64,000 nucleotides of DNA from Eledone cirrhosa (GCA_964016885.1 OZ024755.1:3162001-3226000); one strand, 5' to 3'; positions 1 through 14,299 are shown, counted from the stretch's first letter. Notes: generated by a model not told the origin, from the sequence alone. Translations and numbers: made by a program.

Positions 1-972
1 CATTAATTCAAATGACCAGCTTTGTCACACCACTGTATCACGTTGAATTTCCTTAATAGTGTGCACGTGTCTATGATATTCTCAGCTACGTTTACACGGT
101 AATTTCATGAAAGGGCTGTTCCCTTTTTTTTTCGAACAACTAGAAGACTCCTCGCCATAACCGACGAAGGTCCAGCAGATACACATCTACAATAAATTAC
201 TTGGTAATGTATATAATAAAAATAGCATCATGCGATCCCTTGTTCGTTTGTGGAAGGAATAGGGGTTAATTTTAACTTCTTTTTTTTTTCAACTTGTATC
301 TTTGTTCTCCCCTTCTACAGATGTCACCACCAGATGGAGCTAACTCTCGAAGGGGGAACAAATTCTGATATATATTCAGTTCGGCACCCTGACATATCCT
401 GATTAGGGGCTTACTTAAATTTCTAAAACACAAGATCTCGGCTGCTCCCTTACACAGATTTTCTTTTGATTTATTTATTCATTTGTTGTTGTTTTATTAT
501 CACCTAGCTTCGTCTTCTTCATTTCCTTATTTTTCTTCTTCGTATCTTTCTTTCCTTCTCTTTCTTCTTCGTCGTCGTCTTCGCTTTCTTCTTCTTCTTC
601 TTCTTCTTCTTCTTCTTCGTCTTCGCTTTCTTCTTCTTCTTCTTCTTCGCCTTCTTCACCTTCTTCTTATTATTATTATCCTTTAAGAGAAAAGTGAAAC
701 AAGTCAGATAAACCGGGTGGAGGGGGTATAACGAAGCAGATAAAAGACTAGCTAGGGATACTTTTTTTTCCTTCCTACAGATCCCTAAAATCACTTCACG
801 CATGACGTATGTAGCCATATTGTGTTTAGGGGTGCTGGGGGTAGGTACGTATGTTTGTGTGTGTTTGTGTGTGCGCACGCATATGTGTAACTCTGTGTGT
901 GTGTCTGTCTGTATACCCATGTGTGTGTACCTGTGTGTGTGTACCTGTGTGTCTGTGTACTTGTGTGTGTGT

Positions 973-1035
<63 letters not shown>

Positions 1036-1696
1036 GTGGAGCAAGGATTTTACATTTATACATATTCTAATATATTTATTTTCAGTTAAAAAAGGGATCT
1101 GAGTAAGGGTGGATGTTTCCCCTTATTTCTGTAGTTGGTGGGGAGTGGGAGGTCGGGTGGAGTGAGGGTGGAGGTGGAGTGGAGGTCGGGTGGAGTGAGG
1201 GTAAAGGAACGTTTTAAACTTTCGTTTCATCTTCTCAGGAATATAAAATAAAATAAAATATTAAAAAAACTGATCTGTTATTAAAAGGAAAATGTAGAAG
1301 CGGGTACATGTCTGGGTGGTGGGGGTGTGGTGGTGGGAGTGAGGGGAAAGGGGGTGCTGTGTAGGGTGGGTGGCATTAGATGAAGAGGTGAGGGATGAAA
1401 GGGAAGCATGAGATAGGGAGAGGCGTCGCTATGATGTAACCTTCCCTGGCTGCTACACCCGCTATTTCGTTCCCCCTACCCACGTCACTTCATTTCCTTT
1501 TTATGTAAGGCAAGAAGAAAGTGGAGATTCCCAAAGAAACCAAGTAGACATCCACCCTCGCCCATCACTACTCTGCTAAAAAAACGTCTGGTACAACTAA
1601 GACTGTTGTTGTTGTGGTGGTGGTGGGGTGGGGGGAGTGTATGACTTGAAAGCTGATTACTTAGGTGAACATGTATGCATGTGTGCTTCTCCGTGC

Positions 1697-1735
<39 letters not shown>

Positions 1736-2151
1736 TGTATGTGTATATATATATATACATATATGTATGTGTATATATATATATACATATATGTATGTGT
1801 GTATATATATATATACATATATGTATGTGTATATATATATATACATATATGTATGTATATATATATATATACATATATGTATGTATATATATATATATAC
1901 ATATATGTATGTATATATATATATGTATGTATATATATATATGTATGTATATATATATATGTATGTATATATATATATGTATGTATATATATATATGTAT
2001 GTATATATGTATATATGTATGTATATATGTATATATGTATGTATATGTATATATGTATATATATATGTATATATATATGTATATATGTATGTATATATAT
2101 ATGTATATATGTATGTATATATATATGTATATATATATGTATATATATATG

Positions 2152-2184
<33 letters not shown>

Positions 2185-2380
2185 GTATATATATATATAT
2201 ATATAGATATATATATATAGATATATATATAGATATATATATATAGATATATATATAGATATATATATATAGATATATAGATATAGATATATAGATATAG
2301 ATATAGATATATAGATATAGATATAGATATATATAGATATATAGATATAGATATATAGATATAGATATATATAGATATAT

Positions 2381-2571
2381 ATAACGAAGGAAATGTGGTA
2401 AGGAACCAGGTGGACCATAACGCACCAAAGTACTCAATACTTGAGGTAGTAGAGTGGGTAATGGGAACCAGTAAGACCCCGACAGCTGAGCTCAAGCCGT
2501 TTCGACGGCTAATTCTGGACAGAATTAGCCGTCGAAACGGCTTGAGCTCAGCTGTCGGGGTCTTACTGGTT

Positions 2572-2573
<2 letters not shown>
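2381..2573 (-). mobile_element. (TA)n-embedded fold-back element, family A
   Basis: Perfect 53-bp inverted arms 2464-2516/2521-2573 plus an ~80-bp unique tail; related copies at 44234-44411, 50540-50690, 56091-56240 and 59291-59486, and a tail-only copy at 37745-37835. Confidence 0.8.
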
Positions 2574-2643
<70 letters not shown>

Positions 2644-2645
<2 letters not shown>

Positions 2646-2860
2646 CGTGTGGCTGAGTGGTTAGAGAATTGGATTCGCAATCGTAAGGTTGTGAGTTCGA
2701 TTCCTGGACCAGGCGGTGCATTGTGTCCTTGAGCAAGACACTTTATTTCACGTTGCTCCTTCTACCTGGAGTTGCGACCGATAGATAGTATTAGCAATTG
2801 GAAAGACCAACGGAAACATTGTTCCCTCGGTCCGATTTGACGAAAGTCGATCGTTCCTTT
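2644..2860 (+). mobile_element. tRNA-derived CORE-like SINE, full length
   Basis: A box tggctgagtgg, B box gttcgattc, CORE-like tgtgtccttgagcaagacacttta. Confidence 0.85.
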
Positions 2861-2878
2861 ATATATATATATATATAG

Positions 2879-2919
<41 letters not shown>

Positions 2920-2920
2920 G

Positions 2921-2951
<31 letters not shown>

Positions 2952-2952
2952 G

Positions 2953-2987
<35 letters not shown>

Positions 2988-3082
2988 TATATATAGATAT
3001 ATATATAGATATATATATATATGTATATATATATGTATATATATATATATATATATATACATATATATAGATATATATATAG

Positions 3083-3117
<35 letters not shown>

Positions 3118-4091
3118 TATATATAGATATATATATATAGATATAGATATAGATATAGATATATATATAGATATATATATAGATATATATAGATATATAT
3201 ATATAGATATATATAGATATATATATAGATATATATAGATATATATATATAGATATATATAGATATATATATATAGATATATATATAGATATATATATAG
3301 ATCTATATATAAATATATATATATATCTATACATATAGATATATATGTATATATAGATCTATATGTATAGATATATATATATATGTATAGATATATATAT
3401 ATATATATGTGTGTATGTATATATATATATGTGTATATATATATGTGTGTGTGTATGTATATATATATATGTGTATATACATATACACATATATATATAT
3501 ATATGTGTGTGTGTGTATGTAAATATATATATATACACGCATATATGTGTATATATATATATGTGTATATACATATACACATATATATATATATATGTGT
3601 GTGTGTGTATGTAAATATATATATATACACGCATATATGTGTATATATATATATCTATATACACACACGCATATATATATATATGTGTGTATATATATAT
3701 ACACATACATAACCCAACAGTTTGCTGAATTTGAGAGTGAGTGTGGGATGAAGTGAGTGAGAGTGGGAGGTGGAGTAAGGGAGATAGTGTGGAGTGAGAG
3801 TGGGACTTGGAGAATGCTGAGGGAATGTCTGGTTATCTGGTGAATTGCATAACCAGACATCACAACAACAGTGACTGCAATGTCTCGGTGACTGCGTGTG
3901 TGCGTATCTGTATGTGTGTCTCTGTGTCTCTCTCTGTGTATGTGCGTCTGCGTGTGTGTCTCTGTCTGTGTCTCTATGTGTGTGTGTATGTCTCTATATG
4001 TATGTGTGTGATGCAGATCTGTCGAAGGATGGTGTCGTGAAATGTGGAAAATCTGGATGTTTTTAGTTGCCAATCTTTAGGAAGTTTCTAG

Positions 4092-4588
4092 GGGTAGGGT
4101 AGGTGGTAAGGGAGGGGGGTTAGTGATCTGAAGCAATAGGTAGGTGGTAAGGGAGGGGGGTTAGTGATCTGAAGCAAGGGGTAGGTGGTAAGGGAGAGGG
4201 GGTTAGTGATCTGAAGCAATAGGTAGGTGGTAAGGGAGAGGGGTTAGTGATCTGAAGCAAGGGGTAGGTGGTAAGGGAGAGGGGGTTAGTGATCTGAAGC
4301 AAGGGGTAGGTGGTAAGGGAGGGGGGTTAGTGATCTGAAGCAAGGGGTAGGTGGTAAGGGAGAGGGGGTTAGTGATCTGAAGCAATAGGTAGGTGGTAAG
4401 GGAGGGGGGTTAGTGATCTGAAGCAAGGGGTAGGTGGTAAGGGAGGGGGGTTAGTGATCTGAAGCAATAGGTAGGTGGTAAGGGAGGGGGGTTAGTGATC
4501 TGAAGCAAGGGGTAGGTGGTAAGGGAGAGGGGGTTAGTGATCTGAAGCAAGGGGTAGGTGGTCAGGGAGGGGGTTAGTGATCTGAAGC
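4092..4588. repeat. G-rich 41-42-bp minisatellite, about 12 copies
   Basis: Unit ggtaggtggtaagggaggggggttagtgatctgaagcaa(gg/ta). Confidence 0.95.
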
Positions 4589-4755
4589 CGAGAGAGAGAA
4601 CTTCTAGAATATACATAACAGAAAGATTAGGGTGAGTTTCATCTTAGAAGTTGGGTTTGGTCGTAGAAAACCTCTCATCGTCTCTTTCATTCTAATTCTA
4701 TTTGTGACTCGGGTGGCTGTTACTTCTCCTAAATCTCTCGCCTTCTGCCTATATA

Positions 4756-4977
4756 ATAATTGTTTCTACTTTTGGCACAACGCCAGTAATTACCCAGTGC
4801 ATTACTGGTACTTTATTTTATCGTCCCCATAAGGATGAAAGGCAAAGTTAACCTTGGCGGGATTTAAAAAATAAAGTACCAGTAACATACTGCGGTCTAT
4901 TTAATCGACTTTCCCATTCCCCGAAGTTGCTGGCCTTTTGCCTAAAGTAGAAACAATTATTATTATTATTATTATTA
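4756..4977. mobile_element. Two truncated copies of the dominant SINE (minus 4756-4866, plus 4870-4977)
   Basis: Both match the 3' half of 4979-5222, in opposite orientations. Confidence 0.8.
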
Positions 4978-4978
4978 A

Positions 4979-5222
4979 GGGTGGTGGATTGGCAGAATCG
5001 GTAGAGGGTCGGACGCCATGCTTTGCAGCATAGAGTTACGACCCTTTACAATCTGAGTTCAAATCCAGACAAGGTTAAATTTGCCTTTCATCCTTAAGGG
5101 GTCGATAAAATAATGTACCAGTCACGCACTGGGGTTAATTTAATCGACTACCACCCCACCCACCCCACCCCGGGCCCCAAATTGCTGGCCTTGTGCCTAT
5201 ATAAGACACCATTCTATTATTA
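4979..5222 (+). mobile_element. Dominant tRNA-derived SINE, full-length reference copy (central domain resembles the Meta-SINE domain)
   Basis: A box tggcagaatcgg, B box gagttcaaatcc, central ttgcctttcatccttaaggggtcgataaa...gtaccag, tail ggccttgtgcc...(att)n. Confidence 0.85.
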
Positions 5223-5494
5223 TGGCCTTGTGTTTCAATCATAAATCGTTATTTATATTTGTTAATCTACTCGCTTTACTTTCCTGTCCAAAAGACCCTC
5301 CTCTCTTTCCCTCTCTTTCCCCCTCTGCCTCACATCCTTCCAGTGGTTTGTTCAAGTCGTCCTGCAACTCGAGCTTCATATGATGCAGGCGCACCCTTCA
5401 TGCACGAAATAGCATTGCAGAGGGCGTTGCCAACAAGGAAGATAAATACATTAATTCGTTCGTCCCACGTGTTTCATTTTTCTATGTGCAACTT

Positions 5495-5532
<38 letters not shown>

Positions 5533-6464
5533 TCATCATCATCATCGTGGTCACCGTGATCTTTATCATCATACCAATCATCATTAATATCACAGTCGGG
5601 ATCGCCATCATTATTACCAGCATCCATTTCTTTTTTTTTTTTTTCTTTCATCTTTCATCTCTCTGTAATATGTCTTTTTACCAATGGAACTTCTCTGCCC
5701 TTCTCACCCACTCCTGTTTCCCTCACTATTCCTCTCACACTCCCTCCCTCTATTTTACCTCACACCCCTCCTAATTCCCCTCATACCCCTTCTATTTCCC
5801 CTCACACCTCTCCCCACTGTTCCCCCCCCCTCCTCTCTTCTCTTTTCTCCCCCCCCCCCATCTCTCCCCTACTCCTAACCATTTATTATTTTCCTTTTTG
5901 AAAACTCCAGTGAAGCTGAGTGCATATTCGGGGTGAGCACGGGGTAGTGGTGTAGTCAGTGGTGGTGGGGCTTGTGTGGGATAGAGGGGGGAGGGGGGGC
6001 TGAAGGTGTTGGTGTAGGCTATGGTGCTGGTGCTGGTGTAGGCTATGGTGGTGGTGCTGGTGGTGTTTATGGAGGTGAGGGGGTTGATGGTGTTGGTGGT
6101 GGTGTAGGCTGTGGTGGTGGTGCTGGCGGTGGTGCTGCTGGTGGTATTTATGAGGGTGAGGGTGGTTGATGGCGTTGGTGATGGTGAAGTAGATACTGCT
6201 GCTGCTAAAGGCATCGATGCTGGTTGTAATATGTTAGTGTTAGTATATTAAAAATAGTTGTAACTGAAATCAGAATTGGACGGGTTTCCTTTTCCTTCTA
6301 TTTCATGTTATATATTTTCCCATCTCCCCCTTCGATCTATTTATAAAACCCGGCATTACTCTTTTTATGTTTTCTTTCTTTTATATAGACATTTTATTAT
6401 GTGTCCTGCCCCTCCAAATAATCCGTTGGATTCATTCGCTTATATATATATATATATATAATAA

Positions 6465-6561
6465 TAATAAATTTGAAGACTAAAATCCAAAGAGGGCTCG
6501 ATAAGGATAAATATATATCAAATATATAAGAACCCTAGAGCAAAAATTTATTAATCTGTTA

Positions 6562-6570
<9 letters not shown>
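6465..6570. repeat. (TA)n-flanked dispersed repeat, family E (also about 22680-22780, 36238-36287 and 45035-45142 inverted)
   Basis: Shared taataaatttgaagactaaaatccaaagagggctcgataag and aatctgttattttaata blocks. Confidence 0.6.
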
Positions 6571-6602
<32 letters not shown>

Positions 6603-6604
6603 CT

Positions 6605-6820
6605 TGTCGATCGACTTTCGTCAAATCGGACCGAGGAAACAATGTTTCCGTTGGTCTTTCCAGTTGCTAATACTATCTATTATCGGTCGCAACTCCAGGT
6701 AGAAGGAGCAACGTGAAATAAAGTGTCTTGTTCAAGGACATAACGCATCGCCGGGTCCAGGAATCGAACTGACAACCTCACGATTGTGAATCCAATTCTC
6801 TAACCAATCAGCCACACGCC
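6605..6820 (-). mobile_element. CORE-like SINE
   Basis: Reverse complement of the 2644-2860 family. Confidence 0.85.
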
Positions 6821-6892
6821 TTCATATATATAGACAAAGAACAAAACAAAAACAAGGAGTGCAGTTACGAACAGTGTTGATATATATATATG

Positions 6893-7289
6893 GTGGCTGC
6901 CAACTCGTTTTCGAGTACGGCCACTACTTTATATCCATGTAGGAGAACCCCTACCGATGCGCTGAACAAGTGTGACTTTTAGTCCAGCCAGCGACTTGAA
7001 AACTCTGGTACAAACACTACACTTGTGACAATTATTGACACATAGTGCTGGGCCCATGGTACCATGTGACGACAAGTGCAGAGAGATCTCCAGATATAAA
7101 GCAATGCCTGTGCCGTGAAGCTTTTATAGTGAGCAAAGGCACTGCACAAAAGCCAGTCCCACTCTCTTAACCAAGATGATATTTACCAAAAAGAACAAGT
7201 CAACATCATTGGAAACCATCAGGGTTGCAGGTGTTATATCAGAGTTTGCCTTCTCCTAGAATTCTGCCTTGACAAAGGCTAAGGGGTCA

Positions 7290-7290
<1 letters not shown>
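6893..7290 (-). mobile_element. Possible RTE 5'UTR-derived remnant
   Basis: The minus strand has ctaggagaaggcaaactctga (7240-7260), resembling a motif I recall from RTE leaders; not verified. Confidence 0.3.
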
Positions 7291-7326
<36 letters not shown>

Positions 7327-7341
7327 TTACACACACACACA

Positions 7342-7431
<90 letters not shown>

Positions 7432-7625
7432 AGGTGTCCCGAAAAATGTATACTTATTTCGACAGCATTCTAATAAATATGTATATACCTTTTTTTTTGG
7501 GGGGGGGGGGACAACCTGTATACACACATATATATATATATACACACACACTCTTTCTACCCCTCTCGCCCACCACTCTCCGTTCGATATGTGGTTAAAT
7601 CTTAATCCGACTTTTTACTGTACAA

Positions 7626-7960
7626 ATAATTGTTTCTACTTTAGGCACAAGGCCAGCAATTTATTGGGGGTCAATAAAATGAAGTACCAATCACACACTG
7701 GTGTTGACTTAATCGCCTTTGCTTTACCCCAATATTGCTGGCCTTGTGCCTAAATCAGAAACCATTTTAAAGAAAAATAATTGTTTCTACTTTAGACACA
7801 AGACCAGCAATACCCAGTACATTACTGGTACTTTATTTTATCGACCCCGTAAGGATGAAAGGCAAAGTTAACCTCGGCGGGATTTGAATTCAGACTGTAA
7901 AGGGACGTAACTATGGTAGAAAGCATGGCGTCCAACCCTCTACAGATACTGCCAATTCAC
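7626..7960. mobile_element. Cluster of dominant SINE copies (minus, plus, minus)
   Basis: 7776-7960 is near full length on minus; 7665-7765 is a 3' half on plus. Confidence 0.8.
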
Positions 7961-8027
7961 TTAATATCGTCGTTTACAGCTACCCTTCGCTCTGAGAATA
8001 TTACAATTTTATGAAAATTCTCTCTCC

Positions 8028-8077
<50 letters not shown>

Positions 8078-9534
8078 GTATAAATAGAAGTTGTAGCAGG
8101 TACTATTCAAGTTGTTTGAGGCAATCACAAAGCACTCATTGTATCTTAGGCATTTATGTGGTTTACTTTCTTTCTAGAGTGACATGAACATCACAGTCAC
8201 ATTTCCTTCCATGAATGTTTAAAATCTGTTCCTATGGAAGCCCGCCACAACCATCCATGTGGATTTTGTTTTGTTGTTGCTGTAAATTTAGACGTGTTAC
8301 GTTGTTAATCCTCCACGTGAAAGCTCTTCTGCATTTATTTCATATTATTTCAGCTCTAACTTTGGTAACACCACTTTTAAAAGGCATGAACGCCACATAT
8401 TTCATTGACTCCTCTCTCTCTCTCTCTCAATATATATATACATATGTATATATAAACCTAGGGAGCCCCAAAAAATTGTATGCACACTTCAACAGCATTC
8501 TAATAAATATTGCCTGTACAGGTAATCAAAGTGTGTATACATTTTTTGGGACACCCTATATATGTATACACATACACACACACGGCACTGTCCTTTGCGA
8601 ATCCATCACTGGAATGTTCAGATCTTTTATTATCCTTTCATCATTTCACCTTTCCATCAACCAAATGTCTTCACGATTTACAATATTGCTTAAACTCTTA
8701 ACATTAGTACTCTTCTAAAAAGCACGTATGCCCCCATACCCTATTTTCTCTTCACTCTATGCATGAAGTATTGAAGCTTTTTCTGTCTTCATATTAGTTT
8801 TAGGAGGATGTGGTGAAAAAAACATTTGATTATTTCGCTTTATATATATATATATATATATATATTTTATAGCCATTTTTATGGCGGTGTTGGAAAAGCT
8901 ATCGGCTATCTTTTTGATATCCCTTCTTCCATTTACATCGAGAATGCTTTAATGATGGGCATGAATGCACATCACAACTTTCTATCTACATTCTTCTATG
9001 TAAACATACCATGTTTGTTTGATTTTCTTTTTTAAGATCTTAGTAAATCTTTCACCGAGCCGTCTCGTGTGTTTTGTGCTGCTTACTCGGTTACATCGCC
9101 CATACTGATTTTTGGAAAGGCATAGCACTAGAGACACTAAATTATTCTCAGTTCCCCGTAAAATATGGAGCCTTGTGTTTATCTATTAAATCAGCTTCAA
9201 TTAATTGTTAAACTTCTTTGTCGTCTTTTCAAAAGCTTTTTTTCAAATAGTTTTATGGCGGCCATACAAACTGTCGGCTGCTTTTCAAATTCCCTTTTGC
9301 AGTTAAGTCGGATTGTTTGTTCTTGCCTTTGTTGTTCTCTCTCTCTCTCTCTCTCTGTCTCCCCCCTCTCACTCCATATCTTTATCTATTGGCTCAGCTA
9401 TTTCATCTTTTTATCTCTCTCCCCCAATCTTTCTTTCGTGTTTGTGTTGTTTTTCACTTTCTCCTTTTCCTTTTCCACTCCCTCCCCCTTTCTCCTCTGA
9501 GTACATACATCCGAAAACACACACACACACATTG

Positions 9535-10410
9535 ACCCCGTAAGATGAAAGTTAGAGTTAACCGCGGCAGGATTTGAACTCAGAACGTAAAGTGTCCTAA
9601 CATGTTGTCCGGCGCTGACCGATACTGTCAACCCCCCACCCCACCCCCTTGTATTAGTAACAATAATGATTTTTTAACATACCCAGAAGATCCCACATTT
9701 GAGAAGTAGATAGCCAATTAAATCGAGCTCAATTCTTGATTGGTCCCGTATTTCCCGGCGCCGCAGTCGCTTCGTCCTCGAGGACGCACCCTAATTTTGA
9801 CAACCAAAAATTTGAAAAAAAATAAACAACCTTCGGCCTCTAGGACGTATGATAGATTTTTTTGGCTTATTTTATGAAAAAAAGTAGCGTCTTCGGTGCC
9901 GGGAAATATGGTAATTTATTTTCTCAACCCCGGAAGGACTTGAACTCAGAATTTAAAGAACCGGGGCAAATACAACAAGGTCTTTAGACATACGCTCTAA
10001 TAATTGTTTCTACTTTTGGCACAAGGCCAGCAATTAGCCAGCACATTACTGGTACTTTATTTTATCGACCCCGTAAGGATGAAAGGCAAAGTTAACTTCG
10101 ACGGGATTTGAAATCAGACTATAAAGGGCCGTAACTGTGTTGCAAAGCATGGCGTCCAACCCTCTACCGATAGACGTTCTAACAATGCTAATCCACCACT
10201 AAATACATTTTTGTTTTTAATCCTCGTATCAACACAAAGCCACACATTGCCTATTATCTCAACTCCATCGTATGACAAACACTTTATTTTATTGATAAAA
10301 GGCAGAGTTGACCTCCACAAGATTTGAACTTAGAACGTAAAGAAACGGCAATAATTACCACAGGGCATATTGTCCAACACTCTACCGATTATATCAATCG
10401 ACTGCCTTTC
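9535..10410 (-). mobile_element. Four dominant-SINE copies on minus, one interrupted by a MITE
   Basis: Recurrent gatgaaaggcaaagttaacc...ggatttgaactcag at about 9545, 9940, 10080 and 10300. Confidence 0.75.
9746..9911. mobile_element. Tc2/pogo-like MITE
   Basis: 26-bp TIRs ccgtatttcccggcgccgcagtcgct / agcgtcttcggtgccgggaaatatgg (4 mismatches), TA on the right side, inserted at the ggta of a SINE. Confidence 0.75.
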
Positions 10411-11314
10411 TCGTGCTAATAATAATAATGATAATAATAATATCTATCAAGTTAAAAAAAAGATGACAATGATGGCTACCATGTAAAACAACATCGTTTA
10501 CATTTCAAATAGACCTTAATCGTTCGTTCGTGTACTTTATTATTCAATGGCTCACTATTTTATTTTACTTTATTTTAATTTATTTGTATATATATATTTT
10601 TTTTTCAAATTTATTTCATGTTTATGTATATAGGCGTGCGCGTTTCTCTTATTCAATTGTGTCGTCTGCTTTCTCTCAATTTTATCTGCATTTTTTTTCC
10701 TGTTTTTTTTTTGTTTTTTTCGTTTAATTTTTCTATAATTTATTTCTCCCCCCCCCCCTCCCCCTTCATTCTTTCATCTATTTATTTATTTATATATTTA
10801 TTTATTCATTCTCGTCTTTTATATGTATTTATTTTTCACTATTCTTACATCGTTGTTCGGTTTGGTTCCTTTTTATCGTCTTATTGACAATTATTCTGCT
10901 CTAAATACTCCTTCAATAACAATATATATGTATAGTTCTTTTTTTTTTGTTTAAATTAAACATTTATAAATATAAAAAGTGAATACTAAACGGGGCGGGG
11001 GCGATTCCAATAAAAAAAAAATAACAATTTAAATAGATAAAAATATTTGTAAAAAATACATAAAAATTCTTAAATCGAAAAATATTTAAAGAAAATTGAA
11101 AAGTTTTTAAAGTGAACAAAAGAAATTTTTTTTTAAATGGAAAATAAGCAAATAAATGAAAAGAAGAATTTTCAAAAGGTTTGAATGAAATAAGAAATAT
11201 ATGAAGGAAAGAATTGAAAAATGGGGTGAATTTATATTTGAATGAAGGAGGAATAGATATACTAGATTACAGAAAGGATTTTAGAATGAAATGAATGATA
11301 AAAATTCGTAAGGA

Positions 11315-11620
11315 TGAAAGGCGAAGCGAACCACGGCGGGATTTGAACTCAGAATGTAAAGGTCTGCAATTATATGCCGCAAATTTGGTTTCTGATTTAG
11401 GCACGAGGCCAACATTTCTTCTTTTTTTTTTCTTTGGTGGGCGGAGAGTCGATCAAATTGACCCCAGTGCGGGTTTACATGTACTTTATTTTATCGACCC
11501 CGTAAGGATGAAAGGCAAAGTTAACCTCGGCGGGATTTAAAATCAGAAAGTAAAGGTCCGTAACTTTATGCCGCGAAGCATGGGGTCCAATGCTCTACCG
11601 ATTTTACTGCCATTCCACCA
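11315..11620 (-). mobile_element. Dominant SINE (partial plus full copy)
   Basis: Same diagnostic blocks. Confidence 0.8.
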
Positions 11621-11744
11621 TAAAATTAAGAATAAGCACTCTTTATTGCTAAATTATGGTAAATATTAGAAAGAGAATTGATTAGAAGAAAGACGGCGGG
11701 GAAAGTGGGACAACGTCTATAAACTCGGCTTTTCTAGTTTGTGG

Positions 11745-11835
11745 AACTTGCTAGAGTATTTGGAGACAGTTGTTTCAATTAGGACTCTCTGGAGGGCGTG
11801 TCTGAGGACTTTGCTCTCACGACCCTCTCATGAAT
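11745..11835 (+). mobile_element. Short RTE 3'-end remnant
   Basis: ctggagggcgtgtctgaggactttgctctcacgaccctctca matches 54151-54192. Confidence 0.5.
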
Positions 11836-12310
11836 GTGTGAGTGAGTGTTTAAATGTGAATGTATGAGAGAGAATGTACGTGTTCGTGTATATGTGTGTG
11901 TTTATGTACATGTGAGAGTCTGTGAGTATGTATGCTTAAAGGAAAAAGTGTAAGCGTTGGTGTGCGTAGGTGTTTGCTATGGGGGTGGTAGGGAGGGGTC
12001 TCTATATACAGGAGGTGGTGACGGGGGTGTCTCTATATACAGGAGGTGGCGGCGGGGGTGTCTCTATATACAGGAGGTGGCGGCGGGGGTGTCTCTATAT
12101 GCATGAGGTGGTGATGGGAAAGGTGTCTATATTTATGGAGTGGTGTTTGGAGGGTGTTCTCTGTAAACATAGTGTGTGCTGGGGGAGGTGTATCTATATG
12201 CATGAGAAGATATTTTAAAAGTTGCAATCAGCCGATTTAAAGGCCCCGGGGTCTGAAAATTTAAATGAAAAATTAAAAACCCTTTTTGACCCTAACCCTT
12301 ATTTTCCTGA

Positions 12311-12350
<40 letters not shown>

Positions 12351-12638
12351 TGTGTGTGTGTGTGTGTCTATATGTGTGTGTATATATATATATATGTATG
12401 TCTATATGTATATATATATGTATGTCTATATGTGTATATATATATGTATGTCTATATGTGTATATATATATATATGTATGTCTATATGTGTATATATATA
12501 TATATGTATGTCTATATGTGTATATATATATATATGTATGTCTATATGTATATATATATATATATGTATGTCTATATGTATATATATATATATATATGTA
12601 TGTCTACATGTATATATATATATATATATATGTATGTC

Positions 12639-12683
<45 letters not shown>

Positions 12684-13044
12684 CTACATGTATATATATA
12701 TATATATATGTCTACATGTATATATATATATATATGTCTATTTTTATATATATATATATATATGTATGTCTATGTATATATATATATATATATGTATGTC
12801 TATGTATATATATATATATATGTATGTCTATGTATATATATATATATATATGTATGTCTATGTATATATATATATATGTATGTCTATGTATATATATATA
12901 TATGTATGTCTATGTATATATATATATATGTATGTCTATGTATATATATATATATGTATGTCTATGTATATATATATATATATGTATGTCTATATGTATG
13001 TATATATATATGTATGTCTATATGTATGTATATATATATGTATG

Positions 13045-13129
<85 letters not shown>

Positions 13130-13164
13130 GTATATATATATGTATATATATATATATATGTATG

Positions 13165-13202
<38 letters not shown>

Positions 13203-13254
13203 TATGTATGTATATATATATGTCTGTATGTATATATATATGTATGTCTGTATG

Positions 13255-13285
<31 letters not shown>

Positions 13286-13629
13286 GTCTATATGTATATA
13301 TATATGTATGTCTGTATGTATATATATATATATATATATATATGTACGCCTATACATATGTGTGTGTATGACTGTACATAAAGAGGTAAATACACAAATT
13401 TGTAATTAAAATATTTTTCGTATGGTTGATTTTTTTTTTTATCTTTTCTTGTTTATTTTATTTTTAGTGAGGACCCTATTTTTTCTGATAGATAAATAAA
13501 TAAATAAATAAATATTAGGGAAATAACAATGAATGTTTAAAAAGTTGTCATTTGAAATTGAAATAAATAAACTAACGAACAATATACAAATAATTAAACA
13601 TGTCCTGGTCCTCCGTCGGCGATCCAGGC

Positions 13630-13760
13630 CCTTTATGGTCTGAGTTCAAATCCCGCCGAGGTTCACTTTGCCTTTCATCCTTACGGAGTCGATAAAATAT
13701 AAAGTACCAGTAATGTACTGGTATAATTGCTGGCCTTGTGCCAAAAGTAGAAACAATTAT
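13630..13760 (+). mobile_element. Dominant SINE
   Basis: B box through tail. Confidence 0.8.
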
Positions 13761-14011
13761 AGATCTGGTTCAGAAGTCATTCTTAAACTCTACCATTTCT
13801 CCCACCTACCTCACAATCCCCCCCCCCGTCACCACTCCCACCCCCACACCTCTCACCACTCTCTCTCACCTCTCACCACTCCCACCCACCTCAAAATCCC
13901 TCTTCCTCCCCCACTGCCCCCCACCCACCCACCACCACATTCTATCGGAAACTATTCTCAATTTCTCGCTTCTCTTCACAGTTGTTTTAATTATTATTAT
14001 TTATTTATTTC

Positions 14012-14043
<32 letters not shown>

Positions 14044-14183
14044 GGGTGTCCCCCCAAAATGTATACACATATTTATTAGAATACTGTTGAAGTGTGTATG
14101 CAGTTTTTGGGACACCCTGTGTGCATGTGTCTGTGTGTATATATATATATATATATGTGTGTGTGTTTATATATTTGTGTGTA

Positions 14184-14223
<40 letters not shown>

Positions 14224-14249
14224 TTTTTATACATTTTTTTCTAATTTTG

Positions 14250-14299
<50 letters not shown>

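Larger units (their letters stand above)
1698..3705. repeat. Compound (TA)n/(TATG)n/(TAGA)n microsatellite field, representative of many (e.g. 12315-13345, 28690-29410, 31745-32290, 39640-40008, 50690-51230, 58640-58940, 61605-62106)
   Basis: Directly visible. Confidence 0.95.
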
